NCBI RefSeq assembly: GCF_001447785.1
Contig: NW_015172564.1
Span: 920,736-984,735, forward strand
Direction: 5' to 3'
DNA length: 64,000 nucleotides
From: Gekko japonicus
Taxonomy: Eukaryota
The notes beneath the pieces were generated by a model. It was not told the DNA's origin and did not search any database. It was given only the letters and a program-made list of their open reading frames with translations. Position 1 is the first letter of the stretch. Every line of letters begins with the position of its first letter. The translations under genes were made by a program, and so were the position numbers. This document shows, one piece after another, positions 36,501-46,218 of this stretch.

Positions 36501-39084
36501 CTGCAGGTGTGTGACTCCCTCCCTCCCTGAGCCCCTGAGGCTGCTGGGAGGAGATGCAGGGATGGGGGTTGGCTCAGCGCGTGTCCAGAAGGACCCTCGG
36601 CTCCCCCCATCAGGTGGCCGGCTTGGCTCACGTCTCACGTGCGCGGCTCCTCTGGCCTGCTGCGCTGCCCCGCAGAATTCTCCTCCCTGCCTTGTGAGGA
36701 GTCGGCCACTCGACCACTGTCGGCCACTCCTGGAGCTGGCAGGTGTCAGTCGGGCAGGTGGCGCCTCCCGAGCTCTGCTTCGGGCTCTCTTGCTCAGCAC
36801 AGGCATGGTGGGTTTGCACTTTCGGTCTCCTCCTGCCACCAAGCCTTTCCCTCTTCCAGGTTCTGTGCTCCTGGCTAAGTAACAACCCTAATTACGAAGA
36901 GATCACCAAGTGGTACCTGGGGTGGAAGTCTATGTTCTCGGACCAGGTGTTGGCCCACCCCTCCGTCAAGGAGAAATTCAACGAAGCCCTGGACGTCATG
37001 AACAGAGCCGTCTCTTCCAGTGTGGGTGCGTGAGTTGGTTATTAGCTCTTGCCCAAATGCCTCCACTGTAGGATTCTGTTTTTGTACATTGCAGTTGTCT
37101 TCATTTCTCATAATTATATGCTCACCGGGAAGTCATCTGCTTACGTAGCCACAAGGCTTATGCAGTTGATACAAGAAGAACAGTCCTAACTTCACAGATC
37201 TATTATGCAGTCCAAGAATCAAAACGATAAGATTATTCTTTAATACAGTCCAAATCCACTGAAGAGACAAAACACTCTTGATAACAACCTGATTTCCGGA
37301 GTGTAGTTCATATTTTCGTTTTTCTGCATCAGGTAATCCTCCTCCTCCTCAGAGCACAAGAGCCTGCCGCTGTCTCATGTCAACTAAAACCGCTTGACTT
37401 ATCAAATTTTTGTTCAAGGCACCAATCATGTAGTTTTAATATGGGACAATTAGGCTCCATACTTCTGATGCCGGTAAACCTTTTTCAGTGGATCTGGACT
37501 GTATTCAAGAATAATATTATCATTTTGATTCTTGGACTGCATAATAGATCTGTGAAGTTAGGACTGTTCTTCTTGTATTGATTGTATATGCCTTGTGGCT
37601 ATGTAAGCAGATAACGTCCTGGTGAGCGTGTAATTATGAGAAATGAAGACAGATGCAATGTATAAAAATTTAATAAGTCTCTATTGAATACAAACAACTT
37701 TCAGACTTTTACAGAGGATTTGTGTAACTCTTGAGGTGCCTGCTTCACAGTATTATTTCCTGTTCATCATCATCGTATTACTATGGGTTTCCTCACTTAC
37801 TGCTCCACTGTGGAATCTAGCTGGCTCTGAGTCCTGAGCTAAGGGGTGGCTGAATGTCGTTTGTAAGTGTCTAAAGCGGCAATGGAGGAAAGAGAGGCTT
37901 TCTTCTTCACCTGAATCTCATCCATCTGAGTTGTCGACAGATGCTTTTCCCCAGCAGCTAGTCCTGGTTATATTTGTGTGTGAGGTTCTCTTATTTTCTT
38001 GCTCAAAAGCTGAAGGGAAGAGAGAGGCTGCTCCCAAAGAGCCCTCCCAGAAGCCAGTCCAGTTGCAAGTAGGGGTGTGCACATAAGACGAATACAGATC
38101 ATAGTTCTGTATTTGGCTACCTGTATAGCTGAGAAAAAGCCGTAATTATCTGGCTTTTTTCGGGTTCATTTTAGTATACAAGAGGTTCTCATTAAACCTA
38201 ACAGCCAGCTCAGCCGCCAGTCAGCTGTTGGGTTTAAATGCCTCTCTTTCACTCCCCTATGTTGGGGAGGGAAAGAAAGGCATTGTAAACATGCCTGCTT
38301 CCCTTCCCAATCTTCTCCAGGTGCCCCGTAGCCTGACTGGCGGGGAGTGAAATTGACAGGGAAATCTGTAGGGTCTACCAGAGGGAAAGAAGTCATTTCC
38401 CTCGGGTGGTGTGAATCAGACCCGAATATATTCGGGAATACCGAATATAGCCCCAATCCGAATACCTTACTATTATTTTACTGTGAAAATCAGCATTTAC
38501 CGATATTTTTCGGGTCTGATTTACCCAAACCTGAAAAAAACCGGGTTTTTTTTTTTTTTTTTGCACATCCCTAGTTGCAAGAGGTGGCTTGCTCCCCACC
38601 CCACCTCACCCCTGAGCTTCAGGGTCCCGCTGTCTCCCGCCCACAGAGGAGAGGCTGAGCAGTGTCGCCGTCCCCCATCCACCATGGTATGCTGGCCTTT
38701 TCACTGCTTTCTCTCTTTCCTTGCCTAGGGGGCTACATGCAGCCTGGTGCGCGAGAGAACATTGCTTACCTGACCCACACGGAGCGCCGGAAGGACTTCC
38801 AGTACGAGGCCATGCAGGAGCGCCGGGAAGCCGAGAACATGGCCCAGCGGGGGATCGGCATGGCTGCCGGCTCTGTGCCCATGAACTTCAAGGACCTGAT
38901 CCAGACCAAGGCCGAGGAGCACAACATCGTCTTCATGCCAGTCATTGGGAAGCGGCACGAAGGGAAGCAGCTGTACACCTTTGGGCGCACCGTCATCTAC
39001 ATCGACCGGGGGGTGGTCTTTGTGCAGGGGGAGAAGACCTGGGTCCCCACCTCCCTCCAGAGCCTCATTGACATGACGAAGTGA
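27363..39084 (+). CDS. TFIP11: Tuftelin-interacting protein 11 (spliceosome disassembly factor, Ntr1/Spp382 orthologue), 12 coding exons, 838 aa
   Basis: MSLSHLY...[11 protein letters not shown]-terminus, G-patch ([27 protein letters not shown]), GCFC domain, C-terminus [14 protein letters not shown]. Exon lengths sum to 2517 nt (839 codons), all in phase. Confidence 0.97.
27696..28542 (-). repeat. Four tandem ~194-bp copies of a CR1 3' end in TFIP11 intron 1
   Basis: agaatcacag starts at 27696, 27891, 28085; agaatcatag at 28279. Confidence 0.9.
28790..29182 (+). mobile_element. CR1 LINE 3' fragment
   Basis: tgtggaactcgctgccacagga...ggtctgatccagcaggctgttcttatg. Confidence 0.72.
29304..29457 (+). 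CDS. TFIP11: TFIP11 coding exon 2
   Basis: ctag|[17 protein letters not shown]...KKLKT|gtgagt. Confidence 0.94.
29705..30125 (-). mobile_element. Decayed CR1 reverse-transcriptase fragment
   Basis: [24 protein letters not shown] (GVPQGSVLGP-like motif). Confidence 0.7.
30235..30391 (+). CDS. TFIP11: TFIP11 coding exon 3 (G-patch)
   Basis: acag|GGNFKPSQK...GKNAQ G|gtatgg. Confidence 0.95.
30872..30999 (+). CDS. TFIP11: TFIP11 coding exon 4
   Basis: ccag|[20 protein letters not shown]...EEEAEE|gtaggg. Confidence 0.95.
31361..31623 (+). mobile_element. tRNA-derived SINE (Squam3-like)
   Basis: Same family. Confidence 0.82.
32169..32321 (+). CDS. TFIP11: TFIP11 coding exon 5
   Basis: ctag|[12 protein letters not shown]...LAQVK|gtgagg. 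Confidence 0.95.
32872..33387 (+). CDS. TFIP11: TFIP11 coding exon 6
   Basis: gcag|[15 protein letters not shown]...WDPLK|gtgggt. Confidence 0.96.
33751..33857 (+). CDS. TFIP11: TFIP11 coding exon 7
   Basis: ccag|[16 protein letters not shown]...DAFHR|gtaggt. Confidence 0.94.
33973..34535. repeat. Long inverted repeat, AT-rich Penelope-like insertion in TFIP11 intron 7
   Basis: Arms 33973-34225 and 34267-34519, ~41-nt spacer. Confidence 0.9.
34754..34922 (+). CDS. TFIP11: TFIP11 coding exon 8
   Basis: tcag|[11 protein letters not shown]...FPKLQKE|gtagaa. Confidence 0.95.
35126..35369 (+). CDS. TFIP11: TFIP11 coding exon 9 (alternative in-frame acceptor at 35114)
   Basis: [22 protein letters not shown]...IVPKL G|gtaagg. 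Confidence 0.92.
35862..36135 (+). mobile_element. tRNA-derived SINE (Squam3-like)
   Basis: Same family. Confidence 0.82.
36364..36506 (+). CDS. TFIP11: TFIP11 coding exon 10
   Basis: gcag|[14 protein letters not shown]...FFPKWLQ|gtgtgt. Confidence 0.95.
36860..37025 (+). CDS. TFIP11: TFIP11 coding exon 11
   Basis: ccag|[19 protein letters not shown]...AVSSSV G|gtgcgt. Confidence 0.95.
37071..37802. repeat. Long inverted repeat, AT-rich insertion in TFIP11 intron 11
   Basis: Arms ~37079-37263 and 37484-37667; flanking direct repeat ctccactgt. Confidence 0.85.
38070..38573. mobile_element. Non-autonomous hAT-type DNA transposon
   Basis: TIR taggggtgtgca / tgcacatcccta; perfect 8-bp TSD gttgcaag; ccgaata subterminal repeats. 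Confidence 0.88.
38729..39084 (+). CDS. TFIP11: TFIP11 coding exon 12 (last)
   Basis: ctag|[14 protein letters not shown]...IDMTK*. Confidence 0.96.
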
Positions 39085-40078
39085 GAGTGAGGGGCCGGGC
39101 CCACTCTGCCAGTGGGGAGGACTGGTCCGGGACGCCTCGAGGGGGCTGTGCTGCCATCCTGGTTTGCCAGAAACGTTCTGCGCTGCAGCGGCCCCGAAGG
39201 GCTTCAGACAAGCACAGCTAGGCCCTTGAAGGGGCTTCGCTGTGTCCATAAAAATTTATCTTATTTTGTGTTAGTGGGTGTCCAGTCCACTCATTCACGG
39301 GCCTGAAGTAGAAGTCAGCTCTTCTGCTGGAAGAAGCTGCCTTCCGCCCTTCAGAAGCCATTCTTCCTGGAAGAAACGGGGATGCATTTGGTGAGCCCCC
39401 AGCAGAACAGGGCGAGGGGCAGGAGGCTGGGCCTGTGAGGCTGTGCTTGTAGGAGTTCTGGCAGGGGTCTCAGGGCCCACGGGCAGGGAGCAGATGCTCC
39501 CGTGGCGAGGCCCAGTGCACTTATGGAGCCTGAGGTGTGGGCACCCCGTAACGTGTGTGGTTTGTTTTTGGTATCGCACACAAGTGAAAACGTTACAGGA
39601 GAATCTTGCCTCCGGTTTATCAAAACAGTTTTCTACACTTTTAACACTGGCAGGCTTTAAAGAACATGACAGACTCATCCACTGATTCTTTTATCATCTA
39701 AGAGTGATTATTTGAGGCTGTGCATTATTTCTTGCCGAATGCAAACCGGTTCCCCGTGGCCAGGAGCTGCTTCAATGAAGATGCTCTGTGTCAGTTCAGA
39801 CTTCCGGATTTACAGGTGTTCAAAATCATCTTCTAGCTGCCCCACTTAACTAGTTAGGGAAGTGCGCGTACTCTCCTTATCTTACATTAGCCACTGTACC
39901 ATTATCTGCATTCATGTATTTTTCCAGAAACATCTCAGTGCTGTGTTCATACAGTTTTAGTACTTTGAGTCTTATCTGAGAACACCAAAATAAGTGACTG
40001 CTATTTTCTCATCCAGGACACTGTTGGATCTGAGCCACTTTACACCACAGGAAAAGGCTCGATATAAATGTTTTTGTA

Positions 40079-40084
40079 AATAAA
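40079..40084 (+). terminator. TFIP11: Candidate TFIP11 polyadenylation signal
   Basis: First AATAAA seen after the stop; further AATAAA at 41264 and 41306. Confidence 0.45.
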
Positions 40085-40414
40085 CCAACATACCCCATAT
40101 TTGAACGGTATCCTTGTTTGGGTTCAGACATTCCTGCCATTCTCAAATGCTTACTTGCACCTGGGCCCAGACAGGAGTCTGTGGCTGTTATGCTGCTTCT
40201 GATCTGGTAGAGGCCACATCACGTCAGTGACGCCTTTGTCCCTTCCCCTGCACCAAGGCAGTTCTGCTCTGGACCCCGGGGCTTCCTCTGTCTGGGTGTC
40301 AGTGGAGAGCCTGGTCCCGATTCTGGCCCGCGGAAACATCTGTTCGGCACTGCAGCTGCTCCCCTGTACTTCTGGCCAGGTGCACGGCAGCGGTATATGA
40401 GCCAGACGACGGAA

Positions 40415-41215
40415 ATATTTATCTATTTAATTCCATTTACATCCCGCCCTCAGAGTGGGTTACAGGTCACATAAGACGTGACAATGAAACAACAGAATAT
40501 TACAAAGTTAAGAGGACAATAAGACCAGCATAAGACATTGCCTTGGCAGCAGCACTGTGATGTACTTCTGAGCAGTGCCAATGATGCTGGCCGCTGGACA
40601 GAAAGCCAGGGCTACCGGTAGGGGAGGCTGAGAGATGGAAGAATTTGGACGCCCACCGCCTCAACGAAAAGCCCGGCGGAATTGCAGTAGATCCTGCAGG
40701 GCCCTGATCTCAATTGGTAGGTAGTTCCACCAGGCTGAGGCTAGTCGGACATCCTTTGGGCCAGGGACAAGCAGAAGTTGCTGGTCGACTGAGCGCAAGG
40801 CTCTACAGGGCACATATGGGGAGAGACGGTCCCGGAGATACGCAGGTCCCTGGCCGCAGAGGGCTTTGAAAGTCCGCATTGACACCTTGAACTGGATCCG
40901 GTACTCTGTAGGCAGCCTGTGCGGCTGGCAGAGCACCATCAGCACCCATGCCATCGTGTTCTGCACCAGCTGCAGCTTCCAGGTCAAGTTCAAGGGCAGC
41001 CCCACACAGAGCAAGTTAACAGTAATCCAGTCTGGAAGTGACCATTGCCTGGGTCACTGTAGCCAGGTCCTGGGAAGTGCGATAGGGAACTAGTTGCTTG
41101 ACCAGCCAAAGATGATAAAAGGCTGACTGAGCAACTGTGGCAACCTGGACCTCCATAGGAAGGGAGGAAGTCCCAGATTAACCCCCCCCCCCGGCTCTTC
41201 ACCCTTGGCACCGGC
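40415..41215 (-). mobile_element. L2-like LINE 3' fragment between the TFIP11 and SRRD stop codons
   Basis: GLPLNLTWKLQLVQN...[27 protein letters not shown]. Confidence 0.85.
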
Positions 41216-41697
41216 ACCAAAGGTGTCCCAGCAAATACAAAATCTCATTCCCCATCTGGAAAGAATAAAATGACACAAAAGGTCATAGTTTAAAACCATT
41301 TTAAAAATAAACATACACAATTTGTGCTGAGGTTTCGTATCCCAGAACAGCTGCCTCTTTCTCTGGCTGATGCAGCAGCCTTTAAGCCAAACCAGACCGC
41401 AAGCAGCACGTGAGCCGGAGAGGAGACGAGATCCCAGCTGGGCCGGGTCCCTCGCAGGACTCAAGGCGATCCCAGAGACGTCAAACCCTCCTGTCCCCCT
41501 CCTCCTCCTCCCTGGTTTGGTTCTGCTGCTTGCTGATGCGTCCGCCTGATGCCCCGGGCCTCTACTGAGCTCTGCCCGAGGATCCCATGGCACGGTTGGC
41601 CCTCTGCTTCCGGAGCTGGTAGATTCAGCTTGGTACAAAGCCAGAAGCTAAGTACAGCCTTTCAGTCAACTCTGCCTCCTGTCCAATTTCTCCGAAG

Positions 41698-41892
41698 CTA
41701 AGTCACGTCACTGTTTCTGATGATCTCTAGCTGGTCCTCCGAACGGTACACAGGCTCCTCCCGGAAGTCCCAAGTCTCTTGGGGCACCTCCCTCAGTTTG
41801 TGCCAAGGGAAGCGGTGGACCGCCGTGTCGTTGAACACATCCAGATACCGGGTGTGGGGAGGGAGGGCTTCTTCCTTAGAGGCTGTTAGAAT
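41698..41892 (-). CDS. SRRD: SRRD coding exon 7 (last)
   Basis: gtag|[11 protein letters not shown]...[11 protein letters not shown]...[10 protein letters not shown]. Confidence 0.9.
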   Translation of the reverse strand: MLTASKEEALPPHTRYLDVFNDTAVHRFPWHKLREVPQETWDFREEPVYRSEDQLEIIRNSDVT

Positions 41893-44800
41893 CTACCCGT
41901 GGGTGGCACAGGGAGAGAGTCCGCGTGAGAATCGTGGGGGGGGGGGGGGGTTGCAGCTACCAGCAAGAAGTCCGAATAACTAGGCTGTTCTTGCAGAGGT
42001 CAACATTTGGAAGCTCCCAAACACATTTTAACACCCCCCCCCTTTCCTGACCCATCTTAACCCCTTCTTGTTCCATCTGCGTCCTCAGAATTCATCAGAT
42101 ATTACTCAAGAAAATCCTTATTCCTGAGAAAGATTCATCCTGAGAGGCTGCAGCAGTTCTGGGACTGCCTCTGTGGCAGAGGGCTGCACAACTTGACCCC
42201 TGACTGGCCACTGAGCTGCACGAGTGCCCATCGTTTCCCCTCCACTAGACTGGCTGTGAGCAAATCGGCACAGAAAGGGGACGCCGGCTCACTGGCCGGG
42301 TGTCCTGCTTTGGTCTGCTACGCCCAGCAGCTGCTCAGAACACAGTCGAATGTATTGGGGTGCCCCCCCCCCCGCAAACTGGCAGCTGGAGACTCCACGG
42401 CTCCTCCTGAAGAGCAGTCACCTCCCACCTCCAATATGCATGCACCCTACCTTGGCGATGTAAGCGTAATCCGTTTGGAATATCCTGGTCGGGACCCTGG
42501 AAGCCAAAGGGGCAGGAGGCGTGAGGGGCTAGCCAGAGAGGCTCCTCCCATCCCATCAGCTCAAGCCCCTCTGCCCCCCCTCCCCACAACCAATGCTCCT
42601 TCTAAGCGGTGGAGTCTTGTGAGCAAACATTCTAGTACTTTGTGAGCTGCTGGCATTGAAGTTGTGAGCAAGCGATTTGGCTACTGCATAAATTAGTTTG
42701 CTCTAGAGCCCTCCTTCCTGAGCTGAGACAAAAACGCTTGAGCCAGAGGCTAAAAAACTGAGCCGGCTCACGCTAACTCAGCTGAGAGGGAACACTGACC
42801 ACAACCCCCAAGTTCTCTGGACACGAGGGAAGAATGAGCAGGGTTTGTGTGTGTATGTGTGGGGGAGTGTTACCTTTCTTCAATCCCCTTGAAACTGTTG
42901 CCCACGACGACCATTTGGGACAAGGCCTCCGCTGACCAGTTGCTCCACAGGAGGTTGTTGTAGAGGGCTTTCCCACAGTGGACCATGTAGAAGAGGGTGG
43001 GCTCCTCGGCGGGGCGCTTCCCCTCCTGCAAGCAAGGTCTCACCAGGCCAGGGGCTCCAGCCAGCCCCTCCCGGCCAGCCAGCCCCCTTGCACCCAGCAG
43101 CACCTCTCCCTTCGCGGGCCCTGGCCCCACTGAGGGCCGCTGGGTGTCCCGGGCACCTTCCCCGGGCAGAGATGGCACTCACCTCATTCCGCGAGAGGAC
43201 AGAGAAACCGAGGCCGCTGAGGACCTCCCTTTCCAACGTGGAGAAAGCAGGATCAAAGATGCAACACAGCTCCTCAGGAATCTGCCAGGGAGGGAGGCAG
43301 AGGCAGCTGTTGGGGGGGGCTCCGGGTTGGCTGGCTGAGCCCTACTAAGCGGGGGGGGGGGGGGCGGGGACGCCACCCATCCTTCAGCAGCAGCAGCAAG
43401 AAGGCCAGCTGGAAGCGGGCCTTAGAGCAAGAAGAGAAGTTGCCCAGGCCGTAACACACACACCGCAGGTGCGCTCGTCCGGGCGGAAGGGCGGGGGGGC
43501 ACAGCTGCAGCTCCTCCAAGGCCAAGAGGGCATCTTCCCCGGTGGGCACGGGCACCTCTCTCCCGCGGGCCAGGACTTCTCGCACGGACCTTAAGAGGAT
43601 TTCTAGAGCAGGGGGACAAGCAGGCCTGACAACACTTCATCCAAGCTGGGCAGCTGCCTGCCCCCTCCTTTTAGCCATGCAGAAAGCCTCAAGAATTTCT
43701 CAAGAGGGTGAAAATAGACTTTGAGAGGCGGCCAGGACTTACTCAGACTTGAATTCCAGAACTCGGAGTCCAGCAGGTCGGCCCTGCGAGAAAGAGAGGG
43801 AGGGAGGGGAGAAAAAGTAACTCTAGTGGGGGACTCTTTGTGGGGGGTGGGGGAAGAATCAAGAACCGAAAAGGTAAGAAAGAAACCTAGTAGAGGGCCA
43901 ATATATTCTCTTACTAGACATTATTTCCTTACATATTTTTAAGATACACGACACTAACATTTTTACCAACTGTGCATATGCACTGGACACATGACTTATT
44001 CCTAAGAGGCCTCATAGACATTCTGGTCATATTAGCTGTTGTAGATTTTCTGGGTTGTATGGCCATGGTCTTGGCACTGTACAATGCCACGACCACAACC
44101 ATACAACCCGGAAAATCTACAACAGCGAATGAACTCCAGCTGTGAATGCCTTCGACAACATTCTGGTCATGTGTCTATTAATCTCGCTCTGGAAGTAGGT
44201 AATATATGGGTTTTGAACCATATTATCAGTATAATTCATGACATTACATTTTAGGAATTCTTAAACTCACTATTCTCTTCTTTCCCCAACAGCATTCCTT
44301 CTTTGGTCCAGTACTGACATATTCTTTGCGGGTTCTTTGTAACATGAGCCTGTTTGTGTCTCAGATTGGCTGACATCTGAAGAAGGCCTGATTGGGCTGA
44401 AATGTGTTAGGTCACAATAATTGGTCCTCGTGTGCATGTCACTTGTACTTTTTAACGAGGCTTTCATTGGGCCCTTATATGATTTTTAACTCTGCACAAA
44501 ATAAATATATGTATTTTTACTTATGGTAAGTATATATGAGGTTTTAACTATTAGCGCTCTACTAGGTTTCTTTCTTCTCGGTTCTTGATTCAGTTTTATT
44601 GGGTTACGGGTTTTTTGCCCTCCCTGTGCCTCTGGATGGGGGATATGAACCAGGGCTGAGGTCCCCCCACATTACAGAGGCCAGTGTTCAACCAAGGCAT
44701 AAGAGAAGATCACCCTGAGCTCCATCCCCATGCCATGAGGCCATCGAGTGGGCTGGAGCCCCAGCACCTCTCGTTCTAGCTATAAGCGCTGTTCTAGCAA

Positions 44801-46218
44801 TGGGGCCTCCCCTGGCCTGCATTTAGCTCACAGGCAAGGCTCACAAAATCCAGCAGGGTGGTTAAAAGAGCAAGCATGAAAAAGCAGCCAAGGGACTGAG
44901 CTGGGATTCAGGCGGCCCTCTCTGTTCCACGCTTGCCTTTGCCACAGACACATGAAGTGACCGTTCCACAGCTTCTAGTTTGCGATATCAAGTTATTATT
45001 ACTGGTGGTCTACTTTGCAGGGTTGCTGCATGGATTGCTGGTAATGTGAAGAAGAAGAGGAGATTGGATTTATATCCCGCCCTTCACTCGGAGTCTCAGA
45101 GTGGCTTACAAACTCCTTTCCCTTCCCCTCCCCACAACAGACACCCTGTGAGGTGGGTGGGGCTGAGAGAGCTCTGACAGAAACTGCTCTTTTTCAAGGA
45201 CAGCTGTGCCAGAGCTTGTGACTGACCCAAGGTCACATCAGCAGGTGCAAGTGGAGGAGTGGGGAATCAAACCCGGTTCTCCCAGATTAGAGTCTACGCA
45301 CTTAACCCCTACACCAGACTGGCTCTGTTTGAGACACAAACAGGCTCACGTTACAAAGATGAAAAACGTAAGCCCTTGCTAGCACTGGGGATTGCCCATG
45401 GCTCAATCCAGCTTAATCTCATCAGATCTGGGAAGCCAAGCAGAGTCGGCTCTGGTTAGTCCTTGGATGGGAGACCACTGAGGAAGTCCAGGGTCATCAT
45501 GACGCAGAGGCAGGCAATGGTAAACCACCTCTGAACGTCTCTGGCCTTGAAAACCCCTTGAGGGGGGTCGCTATTAAGTCAGCTGCAATCTGATGATGCT
45601 TGGGGGGATGGGTGGGACCTGCTCGAATTTCCTATCAGCAGCTTGTACCCGCCAAAAGTCTTCAGTTCCAACACAGTGACTTTCTGGATCTTGCATACAA
45701 CTCAATAAACTTTCACTGCCTAAAGAGTGTAACTGGACTGGGGGGGTCTGACCCGCAGGAAAAAGGCCTCTGGTCTCCAGGCAGATATCTGGCTGACCTC
45801 TGCTGACAGCAGGCTGCCCGCTGCCCCCGGTCCCCATCCAGCAGAGCTCTTTTCCTGGGGGCGATGTGAAACCTGCATGTCCAGGGTCGGTCTACCTGTA
45901 AGAGCCAGCAGGGCTCTTCTCAAGGCAGCTGAGCCGTCTCACCGCACACACCCTGCCTCGGGGGCTCGACCCAGCAGAGCCAGACCGGCGCCCCTCGGTC
46001 TTCCTTCCCGGCCTCCTTTAAACCTCTAAAAGGGAGGACTGCTCCTGGCCAAGGAAGCTCCACCGGGCCCCTCACCGGGCCTCCTGCAGGCGCCGCCTCT
46101 GCCGCTCCTCCTCCTCCTGCTCCTCCGAGGCCCCGTCCCGGCCCTTCCTCCTCCGCTCCCGCCGCTTCCTTCTCCCCCGAGGCGCGCTCCAGGCCCCGTC
46201 TCCTCCGCAGCGCTCCAT
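41698..46218 (-). CDS. SRRD: SRR1 domain-containing protein, 7 coding exons; exon 3 donor anomalous
   Basis: SRR1 motifs [66 protein letters not shown]. Located between TFIP11 and HPS4 as in human. Confidence 0.92.
42451..42496 (-). CDS. SRRD: SRRD coding exon 6
   Basis: ccag|[15 protein letters not shown]|gtaggg. Confidence 0.88.
42591..42797 (-). mobile_element. Same MITE family
   Basis: TSD cccacaac/accacaac. Confidence 0.85.
42874..43025 (-). CDS. SRRD: SRRD coding exon 5
   Basis: gcag|[18 protein letters not shown]...FKGIEER|gtaac. Confidence 0.93.
43183..43281 (-). CDS. SRRD: SRRD coding exon 4
   Basis: gcag|[33 protein letters not shown]|gtgagt. Confidence 0.9.
43382..43602 (-). 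CDS. SRRD: SRRD coding exon 3 (3' boundary uncertain)
   Basis: ctag|ILLRSVREV...CVCYGLGNF...FLLLLLK; no phase-0 GT at the expected site. Confidence 0.75.
43743..43783 (-). CDS. SRRD: SRRD coding exon 2
   Basis: gcag|[13 protein letters not shown]|gtaagt; phases match neighbours. Confidence 0.88.
43856..44591. mobile_element. Penelope-like insertion with inverted ends and a nested Penelope hairpin (44031-44157) in SRRD intron 1
   Basis: Outer inverted repeat 43856-43903 / 44549-44591; inner hairpin ending gccttcgaca with 13-bp direct repeat acattctggtcat. Confidence 0.7.
45048..45322 (-). mobile_element. tRNA-derived SINE (Squam3-like)
   Basis: Same family, reverse. Confidence 0.82.
45405..45598 (+). 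mobile_element. 5S-rRNA-derived SINE (decayed second copy at ~28551-28725)
   Basis: atctcatcagatctgggaagccaagcagagtcggctctggttagtccttggatgggagacc resembles the 5S internal promoter; followed by a non-5S body. Confidence 0.75.
46076..46218 (-). CDS. SRRD: SRRD coding exon 1
   Basis: [20 protein letters not shown]...LQEAR; donor CG|gtgagg. Confidence 0.85.

Noticed and set aside
45411-45477. 5S rRNA gene
   Set aside because: Partial and mutated, and continues into a SINE body instead of the 5S 3' end and T-run terminator.
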